From assembly GCF_009914755.1 (NCBI RefSeq), contig NC_060942.1: DNA of 64,000 nt. One strand, written 5' to 3'. A program made the position numbers and the translations under genes. Positions 1 to 14,249 of the stretch are shown here, piece by piece (the first letter of the stretch is position 1; every line of letters begins with the position of its first letter). The stretch is from the human T2T-CHM13v2.0 reference genome, Homo sapiens. A model generated the notes under the pieces. It saw nothing but the letters and a program-made list of their open reading frames with translations, was not told the DNA's origin and ran no database searches.

Positions 1-1771
1 TTTAGCATTGCCTTGCATGTTTCTGTGACAGCTATCTGGTCTCCAGTATTTTCAAGGGGTCTTTGTGTACATGTAGAATTCCTCTCAGTTTTCTCCAAGC
101 AGCAGTAAGAAGCAAAGTATAATAGCATAGCTGAAGTTGGGAATCTCAGAACTTGAAATACTACCACCAAGCTGAGAAAGGACATCTAACTAAAGCACTG
201 GATTAAAATAGTGCTTTAAAATCCCTGATTTACTGTCTAGAAAGAGTCTGTGAATGGAGTGATTATAAATGATGTAACTTTGTTTTTGGAAAACATCTGT
301 TGTCCATGTGGATTTTTTGCATTTAGAAATGCCAGAGTTCTCTTCTCCAGAAAAAGATGTCCCAAAGTCAATGATAAGTACCTCAACTATATGCCACTTT
401 CAACCCATGATGAATTCGTGGGCCTAGGAATCGATTGTGGGTGGCTGTTTACATCAGAGGAGGCGGCCAGACACCCTGCTTCCTGATGGAAGGACGCTCC
501 CTGCGCTGCAGCAGTCTCCACGGAACCTTGCCTCGCCAGCCTTGCCCAGCCGTGGCTCACAGGAAACACAGGGCCCACAGGCACAGGAGAAACGGCCAGT
601 GGCCAAGTACAGATTGTGGGAACTGAAACCGTCAGTCCAGGTTCTTTAACAAATCAATTTCAAGGAAGAAAGAGGTGGAGGAGAAAGCTGTAGAGTAAAA
701 GAGGCTCAAGAGACCTTTCCTGGATCCATACTTCAGACAAGCAGTGTAAAAAACTATGACACACGAGACACCTGGAAATTAGAACCCTGACTTCTGTTTA
801 ACATGGAGGAGTTATTGTGGCTGTCTGGTGTGCTAATATTTCGGTTCTGTTTAAAGTGTCTTTCACAAATGATACTGACATGCCCATGGTTGAAATGATA
901 TGGCTCAGATTAGTTTCAGCAGCGCCAAGAGGAGTGAAGTGAGGGCTCAGATGAAAGAGCTGCCCTAGGTCCATGTTGCCAAAAAGGAGCGATGGCCACA
1001 GGGCTTTCAGGAGACTATCTGTCTTCTTGAGGTAATTTAACATTTCCTTTTAAAAATGTAGAAGGGGTGAAAAGAACATACGTTCCTGGATTTCAGTTCC
1101 TTGCATTTAATATCTTTCAAATTTACATACAAAAATGACATTTTCTGTGTGTTTTGGTTTTATTCCAGCTATAGGTACGTGTGCGTGCATCCATGAATGC
1201 AAGCACACACATACACAGACACAGACACACACACACACAGCAAGGTTGATGCCCCATATACCATGAGGGATTTCTAGTGTGTATTCCGCATGTTGAAATG
1301 GTATTATTACCAGGAAAGTGGAAATTTTGACTATTAGACACCCAAAATCAACATTTCACTGTTCAAATCAACTGCCCTACTAAAGCATCAGAAATACATT
1401 GGTCTAGCAAAGTGAAATTGGCACGTAATTATGTTTATAACCATCTTACTCATTGATTTCCTCTAAGAAAACTGTGTTATTTAAAACCTATTATAAAGTT
1501 TCATATCGAGAAAACTTGAATCTTTTACTGTCTACAATTTTTCTCATTGCTTTTTGGCCAACTGTATAAGTGAAAGGGGGTATTATGTCTGAGGGCAGAA
1601 TGTACATGGTGTTTAAAGAATAATTTTCACACATGGCAAATTCCACATTTGCCAAACCTCTCCTCCCATTTTCTTTTTAAATTTTTATATGTGTCATTAG
1701 AATAGCTTTATTCACAATGCAGTGATATTCCCTGTTGTTTCTGACAGCAGATACGTTACACTCAGGTATCA

Positions 1772-2446
<675 letters not shown>

Positions 2447-2974
2447 GGAATTAATAACTTAATAACACATAGTTTCAAAAATCAATTACTGTAAATTGTG
2501 TGGTTTTTTCCTAAAGATCTTGTGTGGCTTTAAATTTATCTGCATGTTGCCAAACCTGTGGTGAGAATCCTACGCTAGCTGCACTTTGCAACGTCAATAA
2601 CGAGGTAAAAAACAGATTTTTCAAATAAATCTCAAGTATTTTTAAGGACAGGAAAGAACTAAATATAGAAGGTATCTTCCGGATTTTTATATAATATTTC
2701 CAACTTTGGATTCCACACAGAAAATATTTTCATCCAGGGCAGAAACAGTAGTGCAAGTGTTTGATTTCTGTTTACAGCAGTCTTCTATATACCTTCCACC
2801 ACCCTTGTTTCATAAATTAGGCTCGTTATCATTATTCTTTTTTAAAAATTTAAATCAGCAACTTTTTTGGCTGCTATTTAGGAGTCAGGTTCTGGGGATA
2901 GAGTTGGGATAATACAGACACTGCCTTCCTGGAGATTCCACTGCAGTAGGGGAGATGCACGCTCAGCAGCTAAA

Positions 2975-3530
2975 GACCCAGAGAGAAGACAGGGATGACC
3001 CACAGAGAAGACAGAGATGACCCAGAGAGAAGACAGAGAGATGACCCAGAGAGGAGAAAGAGAGATGACCCAGAGAGGAGACAGAGAGATGACCCAGAGA
3101 GAAGACACAGACGACCCAGAGAGAAGACAGAGACGACCCAGAGAGAAGACAGAGAGATGACCCAGAGAGAAGACAGAGAGATGACCCAGAGAGGAGACAC
3201 AGACGACCCAGAGAGAAGACACAGACGACCCAGAGAGGAGACAGACGACCCAGAGAGGAGACAGAGAGACGACCCAGAGAGGACAAAGAGAGATGACCCA
3301 GAGAGGAGACACAGACGACCCAGAGAGAAGACAGAGAGATGACCCAGAGAGGAGACGCAGACGACCCAGAGAGAAGACAGAGAGATGACCCAGAGAGGAG
3401 ACACAGACGACCCAGAGAGGAGAAAGAGAGATGACCCAGAGAGGAGACAGAGATGACCCAGCCAGAGAGGAGACACAGACGACCCAGAGAGAAGACAGAT
3501 GACCCAGAGAGGAGACACAGACGACCCAGA
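2975..3530. repeat. Purine-rich minisatellite, variable 20-24 bp unit (GACCCAGAGAGAAGACAGAGAGAT)
   Basis: About 24 tandem variant copies visible. Confidence 0.95.
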
Positions 3531-3999
3531 CACCACAGGGGCTAGCAAGACGCGGCCCGCCGTTCTCATCGCGTTATGAGGCACTCAGTAAATATTAAAT
3601 ACACATTTTATATATTGTGGGTATTTTTGGTAATATATCTACTTTTTAGTGAGACAAATGGGATGTGGAATTCCATGACTGTCTATGTGGGTGTCCATTA
3701 GGACTGTAGTTTGTCCTGTAGCTTAATTTTACTATATTTAGATGTAGGGGTTTGTACTTTACAGATCAAAAATTCTCTTCTTAATAGAGAAGTTTGTTGC
3801 ACTTTCAAATACATTATATTATGTTTAGTTTAAGGAGATAAAACAGCTACTCAGGGACTTAGGATTTCATGTTTCGCCTTGATAAGACTCTACACTGTCG
3901 TGTAATAATTGTATCTAATGCTGGCCTGATCTGTAATTAGGAAGGAAACACTGCAATGACCTTAACAGAACAGCCCTGGGTATAAAGAGCAGGAAGGGA

Positions 4000-4830
4000 T
4001 GCAGAAAAGCATATGACAAATGTAGCCCTCATTCATGCTTTAAGAAGAAAACTCGGAAAACAAGGATTAGAGGGGAACATCCTCAGGTTGCTGAAGAGAA
4101 TCTTAAAGAGCTGAGGCTGAGGCCTCACTCTGTGTGATGGAGACGCACGCTTTCCCTAGGTCAGGAAGGAAGCGAGGGTGCTTGTCCAACAGTGCCAGCA
4201 TTCCAGACAGTGCAGTACGGTAAGAAAGGGGAATGCAAGGTATGGATATCAGAAAGGAAGAAATCGAGTTAAAATTAAAGAAAGAAAATTGTCCCTGTCT
4301 GCAGATGGAATAATTATCTACCTAGAAAATCCAAGGAATGTACAAAAAATTCTGTGAGCCAGTGAGTTCAGCAGGGTCACAGGGTAGACTGTCCACATGC
4401 AGAAACCAATGGTGTATCTACACTTGCAGTGAATATGTGCCAGCTGAGATGAAAAGTACGGTGCCGTTTATAATTCCTTGAAAAAAGCGCGGTACTTAGC
4501 CGTGAATCTAATATAAAATGAGTGGGCCTTGTGGGCTGCAAACTACGTCACACTCATGAAAGAAACCAAAATAGACCGAAATAAACACAGTGATTTTGCT
4601 CATGGACCTCAAGTCTCCACACACTAAAAATGTCACTTCTCTTTTCGATATTCAGTTTAATTCAGTTTCTGTCAAGATTTGTTTTGTAGGTAAGATTATT
4701 TCTAAATTTATTTTTAAGGCAAAGGAGCAGGATAGCTGAAGTGACTTTGACAAAGAAGAAAGTTGAAGGACTCACTACCAGATTTCAAGACTTAAATAAG
4801 CTGCAGTCATCAAGACTGTGTGGTATTGGG
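4000..4830 (+). mobile_element. Degenerate old L1 ORF2 fragment
   Basis: L1-like segments (tctgcagatg..taattatctacctagaaaatcc; gttgaaggactcactaccagatttcaagactt; catcaagactgtgtggtattgg). Confidence 0.65.
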
Positions 4831-7320
4831 GGATTTTTCAATGGATACAGAACCTAGAAGTTGGCCTTGCACCAAAGAGGATATGGGAACAGAACATCAG
4901 TATGAGGAAAGATGTTCCTCCTTCTCAGGAGGCAGAGTGGCTGTCCCATAGCCACTTCAGACTCACCATCTGTGTGTTCTCCCCTTCTCCCAAAGCTGTC
5001 TACTTTCTTAATTCCTGTTTCTTGTTGAGGGCCAGCCTCCCTGAGCAAGGCAGTCAGCCTGAGCTGCTCTTCGAGGTCTTGGATCCGGAGCCTCCACATT
5101 CAGTTCCCAAGTCCAGTTGATGCTCTTTTCTAGACTTCTGAAGATTTCATGCATTTGCCTCTTCCTTTCTGTCTTGATGCCTGCTGCCACATCATCCTTC
5201 ACGTAGACCTTGATCCCAGTTCTTTCCCCCACATTTGACCCCCACCACTCTGTCCTTAGAATAATGCCTCAGTTAACTCTGTTACCTGGACAGGGCCCAT
5301 CCAGAATGAAGCCGGGACTCCTGAGCCTGGCTCTGCATGCCCTCTTGGTGGACAGGAGGCTCTCTGCTTCACTGTGCTCTCTTGATGGGACCTAGAGAGC
5401 TCCTCACCCCCTCCTCCCTCTCCAGCCCTTCTCTTGTGTGTGTCTCTTCCATTCACAGGCATTTGTCTTTGCTCCCAGACCCATGTGCGAGCCACATACA
5501 GTTCCCTCTTCCTGGAGCGCTTCTCTTGTGGAAACCACTAGTAAATTCATATGCTTCAAGTCACAGGTCAGATGCCACCACTCCTGGGAGCAGTCCCTGC
5601 CCCCTCTCTGCAGTCTCCTGTGACTGCACCACATGGACCCTGCATTAGTGCCTCTCAGTAGCATGATCTCTTGCAGCCTCTCTCCCTGTTATGCTGTGGG
5701 ATTCTTTAGGAAAGGAATCCTCACCCTCCTTGTGTTTGGGGCACTTTGTGCATTGTCTTATTCATTTTTATCCATGCAACATATGAGATGTATTCCGTAT
5801 TTTACAGGTGAATAAACTGAGGCTTGGAGAGCTTAAATCCACTCTATGAAGTTTTGCAGCCTGCAGGTTACAGCAGGATTTGGACTCCCAAGCTCAATGA
5901 GTAGTGATGCATTTTCATGAGTTTTTGCCAAATGAATACACAAATTCTCAGTGGGAATGTGGGAGTCACTGTCTGTTTAGAGAACTGTAGCTCCTGCTGC
6001 AGATGGGCAGCTCTCCGGAGCCCTGTGCTGTGCCACGAGGAGCAGCCGTAGGCCGGGCTGTGCAGAGCCTTGTCTCCATCTAAGGAGTGGATGCTTTGAT
6101 TGGTAAGCAGTGGCGAGGCACGGATGGTCACTAAAAGCAACGTACTAGAATGAGGAGGTGTTTGTCTTCGGAAATAGCACTGCTGGGGAAGGTAGGTTAA
6201 AGAATGTTGGAGCTGAGCTCAGGAAGCCACGGAAGAGGCTGCAGTCAGGACGCGTGGTAAGAGGGCAGAGCGAAGGAGCTTCAGGAGGGGGGCACTCCAT
6301 GTCTGAAGTGGGGTTGAGAGGTTTGAGAGCGTTTGGGAGGTAGTTGAATCCAGAAAGTGAGGAAAGGTTGGTGGTGGTGATGATGGCTGTGGAAGAGTAG
6401 CTCTCGTTTATTTAGGACTGACTGGGTCAGGCATGTCACCTGGGTGCCCTCGTGTCATCCTTGGACCACCCTGCAGTGCTTGCAAAGTGAGGAGGCTGAG
6501 TGGGAGGTCTTTCCCTTCTCGGTTAAGGTATCCATAGGGAGAGGCCAGCGGGGCCAGACAGGCCCCTTGCAGATGTCTCAGCAGGTGCTGAGGGACAGGG
6601 AGGTGCAGGCTGTTGAGGGAGAGGCGAGGCTGGGCTGTGGGTCGCATGTGGGTTGCGGTGAGGACACAAACCCCTTTGTGAGGACACTGAGACTTGAGCC
6701 CGGGGCTGCGGGGCCGTGGACAACAGCACCTCACATCCCAGTGGGAGCTCTGCACTTGCAGCTGACTCCACACCCAGGGCCTGTCACAGCCGCCCAGCAA
6801 ACATACTGAGCAAGGACTGGATGGAAAATGAGATGCTATTTCTTTCTTTAGGGTTCTTTGCATACTTGCACAGTCATTTAAAATCCTAAAGAAGTAATTG
6901 TTCACTCTTGGTAGGAGCTATACAGGTGTTCATTATAATATTCTTTTAACTTTACATATGAAATTGTTCATAATAAAAAAGTTGGGTTAAAAAAGTGGCA
7001 TTAATCATAGTCCTGTTTACAAACTGCATAGGATTTATGCCTCATTACGATTCCCCACCCTAAATCATCATGCTTCACACTAAGAGAGAAAAGTCTAAAG
7101 GAAATACTTTGTTATCTCAATCTGCTAAGTAGAATGTTTTTAACTTAGCACATTTGTTAAATAATTTTTCAGAGAGCTGCTTACTTGGGCACACATAATA
7201 GAGGCAAACTTGGTACTTACCCTAATATGAATTAATGTAAGGTTTCATTATCTTTTAACTGTTGGCAGTGATAGAACTACCATTTTTCATCTCACATTTT
7301 TGCTATTTAAAGCACTCATA

Positions 7321-7597
<277 letters not shown>

Positions 7598-8362
7598 ATG
7601 TATGAAGCACAAATGTATAAAGCACTTGTAGAACTTCATGATGGTAGTCAGAGACTGAATTGTTGCTAACTGCATTATTTAATATAGCCTAGTGTTTTAT
7701 GTTAATTCTACTTATTTAACAAGAGTAGCATGACAAAACAAAAAGGTTTAAACTGCCTCTCATGTAATTTTGATGATTTTGTTTCCACTTAGATTTATGA
7801 AACTTGGAGACATCTTTTCAAGGTATACAGAGCACAGCCAGTTTAAAGGTGCTTCATAAAACTTTGTGGAAGCCAAAATCTATAGAACTGAGAAGCATCT
7901 CAGGTAGATAGTTAGCTGCTGTTTGGAATTTTTAAAACTTTATTATATTCACTCTTCTAAGAGCATTTATCAAAACAATCTCTAAAATAGTAATTGTAAG
8001 CTCTATTTTCCTTGTCTTTGAAAGTAAGCGCTGTGTCCTGATGGAAGGCTCTGAGCCAGCTGACCTCTTGAGTTCTGATCCTAACTGATTCACTTTGTGC
8101 TCTAATCCTCACGCACTTAGAGGGTACCATAGACATGAAAATAGTTTGGGTTATATTCCAGTTTGGGTTATATTCCAGTACCATGTGTGCCAAAGAACAT
8201 AAAAATGAGTGAATATTTTTATGGATATTTTGCAACCATAAAATTGGGTTTTATGGTTTTATTGCAGTCAATTGCAATTTTGTGCAATGAATGGCTGTGT
8301 CATTGTTCATACTCAGATTTATAACGTCAGCAGTATCCGTGGATAACCCTTCTTGGATGTGC

Positions 8363-8607
8363 TGTGAAATAAGTGCAGAAACCTCCCTGCCCCCACCCTC
8401 CCCGGGGACAAGGTGAAAGCAGCACGTTGTGAAATAAGTGCACACACCCCCCGGGGACAAGGTGAAAGCACCACGCGTGGCACCACGTTGTGAAATAAGT
8501 GCACACACCCCCGGGGACAAGGTGAGAGCACCACGCGTGGCAGCACGTTGTGAAATAAGTGCACACACCCCCGGGGACAAGGTGAAAGCACCACACATCG
8601 CAGCACG
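8363..8607. repeat. About 60 bp tandem repeat, 4 copies
   Basis: tgtgaaataagtgca...ccccggggacaaggtgaaagca starting at 8363, 8428, 8489, 8549. Confidence 0.9.
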
Positions 8608-9066
8608 CTACATACATATCCAGAGGGTATTTGAGCTTCCCTGTGCTACTTTGCTTCTATAAAGCCAAATAAATAAAACATATGCACATGTAATATGTGT
8701 ATTTTTAGGTTAAATGAGATCTCTTTGTCACCTAATACATGGCCCAACTTTTCTGGCAGTCCTCCTAAGGGAGGACTGTGGTACTTGAGGAGCAGGCATT
8801 AGGGAAGCACATTCAGATAGCCCAGTATTTGGAAAACACTAAAGAAAAGCCATCCTATCTTTCACAGACCTCCTGTCTGTCATTCCAAGGGACACACATA
8901 CATGCTAAGGATTAAACACATCTGGAATATCCATTTCTGTTCAGCTAAAAAGACTTAATTTTTTGAAATAGGTTTTTTTAAAAAATTAATGGACACCCTA
9001 ATTTGGGGCTTGTTGATGTCTTTCTCAGGCAGTGTTCTATATTGTAATTATAAAGGTGGTGACTCA

Positions 9067-9540
<474 letters not shown>

Positions 9541-9714
9541 CTATTAAAATGAAAATAGTAGCAAGTAACAATCTTAACGCTACTTTGTATTATACAGTTG
9601 GGCATCCCAGCTGCTTCAGCCCATGAATGTGCAGCATGCCTGCATGGTAGGAAAGCTGGGTGTTCCCGCAGGCCTCCTGCATTAATGTGTTTGCTGTTGT
9701 CCCCTTTATCCTAG

Positions 9715-9827
9715 GAACCCTCACCCAGAATGAAATGATATTTAAGCGGCTGCACCTGGGCACCGTGTCCTATGGCGCCGACACGATGGATGAGATCCAG
9801 AGCCATGTCAGGGACTCCTACTCACAG
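9715..9827 (+). CDS. ATP9B: ATP9B internal coding exon ([38 protein letters not shown]), just after the DKT phosphorylation site
   Basis: Acceptor cctttatcctag, donor CAG|gtaagt; 113 nt, phase 1 to 0; GTLT-N-M matches the P-type ATPase DKTGTLT motif. Confidence 0.95.
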
Positions 9828-10458
9828 GTAAGTGGGTTCCTCCTGCACGGGGTCTGCTTCCACACACATCCCGCGCCATGAGTCCAGCTGAGCCTCGTGT
9901 GTTCCCATCTGTAAATTAGCACGCTTCTTGGTGGTCTTAACATCCTGCTACTTCAGTCGTCTGTTCGAATATACGAATCAGGAAATCGTCTTTGATGAGC
10001 ATTTGTACATGAGTGAAATCGTAGAAGGCATAGTGTGCTGAAGTCATTTATTCATATCACATTTTACTAGTGAGTTATTTGTAAAAAATTATTCAGTAAA
10101 CATTGTAGTTGAAGAATGTTCAGTAGGATACTACATCAATATGTTTTCTAACAGTTCTGTTTTTCTCTATAATAAAATGTTCTCATATTTTTAAAGGTAA
10201 ATTCTTTTTTTGCCTTTTCGGTAGATAAAAGTAGACACCATCGTGTTGGGAATCTCGTATCTGTCATTCACCTACCTGTCATCAGTGCCCAGGTGGTGAT
10301 GTTTCATCTGTAGGTGTTCTTCATTATTATTATATTATGACATGAAGCTCAAATATCACATTCTTTCATCTGTAAATATGTATTATGTGCCCCTAATTGA
10401 TAAGGACTCTGCCTTTCGTTGGGGCCAAAGCTCCCTAAAGTTCTGAGAACAGGAATTA

Positions 10459-10669
10459 GAGGTTGAGTATCCCTTATTCAAAATGCTTAGGACCAGAAAT
10501 ATGTTGGATTCTGGATTTTTTTAGATTTGGAATATTTGCATTATCCTTACTGGTTGAACACCTCTAATCGCTTATCTGAACATCCCTTTGAGCATCAATG
10601 GCGTTCAAAAAGCTTCGAGTTTTAGAACATTTCCAATTTTAGATTTTTGGATCAGGGATACTCAACCTG
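10459..10669. mobile_element. Tigger-derived MITE (MER46A/Tigger4a-like)
   Basis: Terminal inverted repeats gaggttgagtatccct / agggatactcaacctg flanked by TA on both sides. Confidence 0.8.
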
Positions 10670-13096
10670 TATTTGCTTTTAAAACAGGATTTAGCCTAGA
10701 GGCTGTACCACTTGCCAGAGATTTTGCAGGCAGTGGGTTGTGTATAGAGTCTGTCCATGGACCCAAGTCATCCTAACAGCCTCATTCCTGCTGTAGGCAC
10801 CTCAGAGCCACCACACTGAGCACAGCCCTGGCCCTGAGGAGTGTTTCCTTGTCATTCATTTGCATTTTTTTGTGCCTGTCATAATTTGAAGTCATTGATT
10901 CAGTTTGATCAGACCTGGAGATCTGAGAGAATCAATTTAAGAGACTAGCAGACAAGGCTGCAGTGTGCGTCACAAATTTACACCTTCTGAGGCCCTTTTT
11001 CTGCCTGTTTGTTGATTTATTCTGAATATAGTGATCCACATAATAATGAGCTAAGGCCTATCAGGTTCAAAATTGTACATAGCTCACCCTGGGGGGTGTG
11101 ACAGTTCCCAGCGCTGCACGGCACTGCTCCCCGGACTTGCAGAGGCCACCCTTCAAAAGTGTACACAGCCCACCCTGGGAGGTGACAGTTCCCAGCGCTG
11201 CATGGCACTGCTGCCCAGACTTGCAGAGGCCACCTGGCGACGTCAGCTGTGGAGTCTAGGAGACTTTTTGTATTTACAGTAATTTGTTTCAAACTTGATT
11301 TTCGCAGAGACTAGACTAAATGACACTTTCCCATTGCTGCGTTTCTACTCTTGACAACTCCAGAGTAGCATTCAGTGGTCAGCATTGTATTCAGTTTTTT
11401 GAAAACCTTCTCTTTCTTGTATACTTGCTACCAGTCTGGCATAAGCTTTACTGTCGGCATGCTGTCAAATGGAAGAAGTCTCATATGTGTATATATTTAG
11501 CATATGGAATGTTTATCCACACACATAAGCAAACAAACATACGTACACAGCCAAACACTTTATTATTTTGGATGTAATTCATTTAGATACGGAATATTTG
11601 TAACCTAGGATATTTATTAATAGAAGAAAAATCTTAAAAGGAGAAGGAATACAGTTTCTCCCAGGAATCTATTTCTGCGTTGAAATAGTACCAGATGAGC
11701 TCTGCTTTTTTAAAAAAAAAAATTATCTATGAATGTAATTTTAATAGCTTCAAATAAGTTATTAGGAAAAAATTAAAAGCAGAAAAGATGAAGCATCATT
11801 ATATAAACACAGTAAATGTTTATTGTGCTTCCACCTAAGAGGACTTTTAAAATCATTTTTGCTGAAAGCTTCTGTTAGTTGAACAGACAGTACTTCTTAT
11901 GTGAAATTGATCTGATTCTCTATCGGTATTCTGTTTTATTACTAAGATGACAGGAGTCTAGTAGGTCCACTGCCGTGCAACACAGATCTTTTATAACCTG
12001 ATTGTATTTCCCCACTGGAGGCATTTGGTGATAGAGGGCATAATCTTTCATGGAATTTGTGTGAAATTAAATTGTACAAGCATCACTAAACATCACGTAG
12101 TTTGGAAGGAGGGAGCCAGCTGAGTTTGCTGTCTCGCAGCAGCGTGAGCAGGCGCAGATGGGCTGGGTCCTCACTGAAAGGCAGCACCAGCTGAGCAGAA
12201 AGTTAAACCCTTCATTAGACAGCACTGTAATTTGATGGGCAGGAGATTCACAGTTCATTGGATCTGTTCACCCAGTCCAAGCGTGAGAGCCTTGGTTTCC
12301 AAGGAGGATTGTCATGAGTTACTCCGAAGTTAACTGAAGAAACGTTTGACATCCTGTTGGGGTTGGGGGGAGTGTCCTCTGACACCCTCCGCCACGTAGG
12401 AGGTGAATAATAAAAAGTTATTGCTTTGGTGGTGCCGATGAAATCTCTGAAACATGGCTGAGCCCGAGGAGAGCCAGGCACACACATAAGCCCTAAATGG
12501 GGACTTGCTTTAAGAGAGCAGGATTCTGAGATATGACACGGGGCCATTTTTCCTCTGAATGCAACTTAGGATTGTATTTGGTTGTTATTATCCACAAAAC
12601 TAGACTGTCTAAACTCAGAGACTACTGAGAGCAGGATTAATTTATGGTATTAAGGGAAGATTCTTAAAGATTTTGTCCTGCTTTTAGCTTTGTACAACAT
12701 TATTTAAAGAAAGCTGAAAGCAGTTGTGAGTATACCATTTCATTTTGTTCTTTAATTGACTCTGCTTTTAGAAGTCATGAATAAATAGGAGTTAAGGACA
12801 TAGCAAATTAGTGCCATTGTTGAAGTGAATACAGTAAAAATAAATTGTCAGATTCTTAAGTAGTATAGTGAATATTTTGGTGTATTTGACAACCTGGATA
12901 TATCGAAGTGCTTCATAGTACTAGGCTTAAAAAAATAACTCATTAATCAGTGCTTTATAGGAGATAATCAGAATCAAATCAGGCTACTTATTTCTAGCTA
13001 CTTTGCTTGTAAAAATCATATATGTTAATAATTCCATGTTAACTAGATAGTTCTCTTTGCTCTATCTTTAATTATGTGACGTTTCATATTCTAAAG

Positions 13097-13345
13097 ATGC
13101 AGTCTCAAGCGGGTGGAAACAATACTGGTTCAACTCCACTAAGAAAAGCCCAATCTTCAGCTCCCAAAGTTAGGAAAAGTGTCAGTAGTCGAATCCATGA
13201 AGCCGTGAAAGCCATCGTGCTGTGTCACAACGTGACCCCCGTGTATGAGTCTCGGGCCGGCGTTACTGAGGAGACTGAGTTCGCAGAGGCTGACCAAGAC
13301 TTCAGTGATGAGAATCGCACCTACCAGGCTTCCAGCCCGGATGAG
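13097..13345 (+). CDS. ATP9B: ATP9B coding exon (MQSQAGG...LCHNVTP...YQASSPDE), N-domain
   Basis: ctaaag|ATG acceptor, GAG|gtcagt donor; 249 nt in frame; LCH and ASSPDE P4-ATPase motifs. Confidence 0.95.
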
Positions 13346-14249
13346 GTCAGTCAAAGCACAAAACTGTGGGAGCTTGTCCGTTCCATTTGGACTCCAGAGT
13401 CATGAGGATTCATTCTTTCTGGGATGGGGAATATAGAGGAGCAGTTTATCGTAGCTTTAATGTATGTTTTAGCTGTATGTGGAAAACTGCCCAACCTATT
13501 CCAGCATGTAGCCTCTGACGTAGCCTGGGCCTTGCACATGCAAATGTGCGGCCGCCACATCTCGGCACATCCCAGAACACCCAGGGCTGGTCACAGGGAA
13601 CAGCATGAGAAATACCAGCGAGGTTTACTGATTCCGTAAAGTAATTTGTGTCAAAGCTGCATTTTATAAAACTGTTGAAGTTTGGGACTGTCCTTATGGC
13701 TATGGATTCCGTGTCCAAATTGAATCATCTGGTTTCCATATTAAATTTCCACATATTTTGCCAGATTTTCAATACAGGGCATTTATTTCAAAAGAAAATT
13801 GGAATGTAAATAATTTCCAAAACCTACAGAAATGGTAAGATCTTAAACATGGTAAATTAGTTATTTCTAACTTTACATCACTCTTTGATTTTTAGATCGG
13901 GAAAATTCATTATTAAATTTGTTTAATTAATGTCTTAGTATATTTTATATACAGTTTTGTGTACACTTTGTCCCTTTAAGGTCCTTGAGGTAGTTCTGTA
14001 AAGTAATCAAGCCAACCACAGAAGCACTATAAACCAACTAGTGTCTTCCAATACTTTGTAAAACTGTGTCATATACATAAATAATTGGTGGGGGCAGGGC
14101 GTACCTTCAGTGAAAACAAAAAGAAAAAAATCAGATCTAATGTTTTAAAGAGAGGAGTCTGGTGGTTCTGGTTGACGAGTTTATTACAAAAGAGCGCCAT
14201 CATCCCCCTCCATAATGGAATAGAATCTCAGCCAAGAGACAAGACGCAA

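Noticed and set aside
2878-3584. Repetitive ORFs on both strands
   Set aside because: Minisatellite translation artefacts
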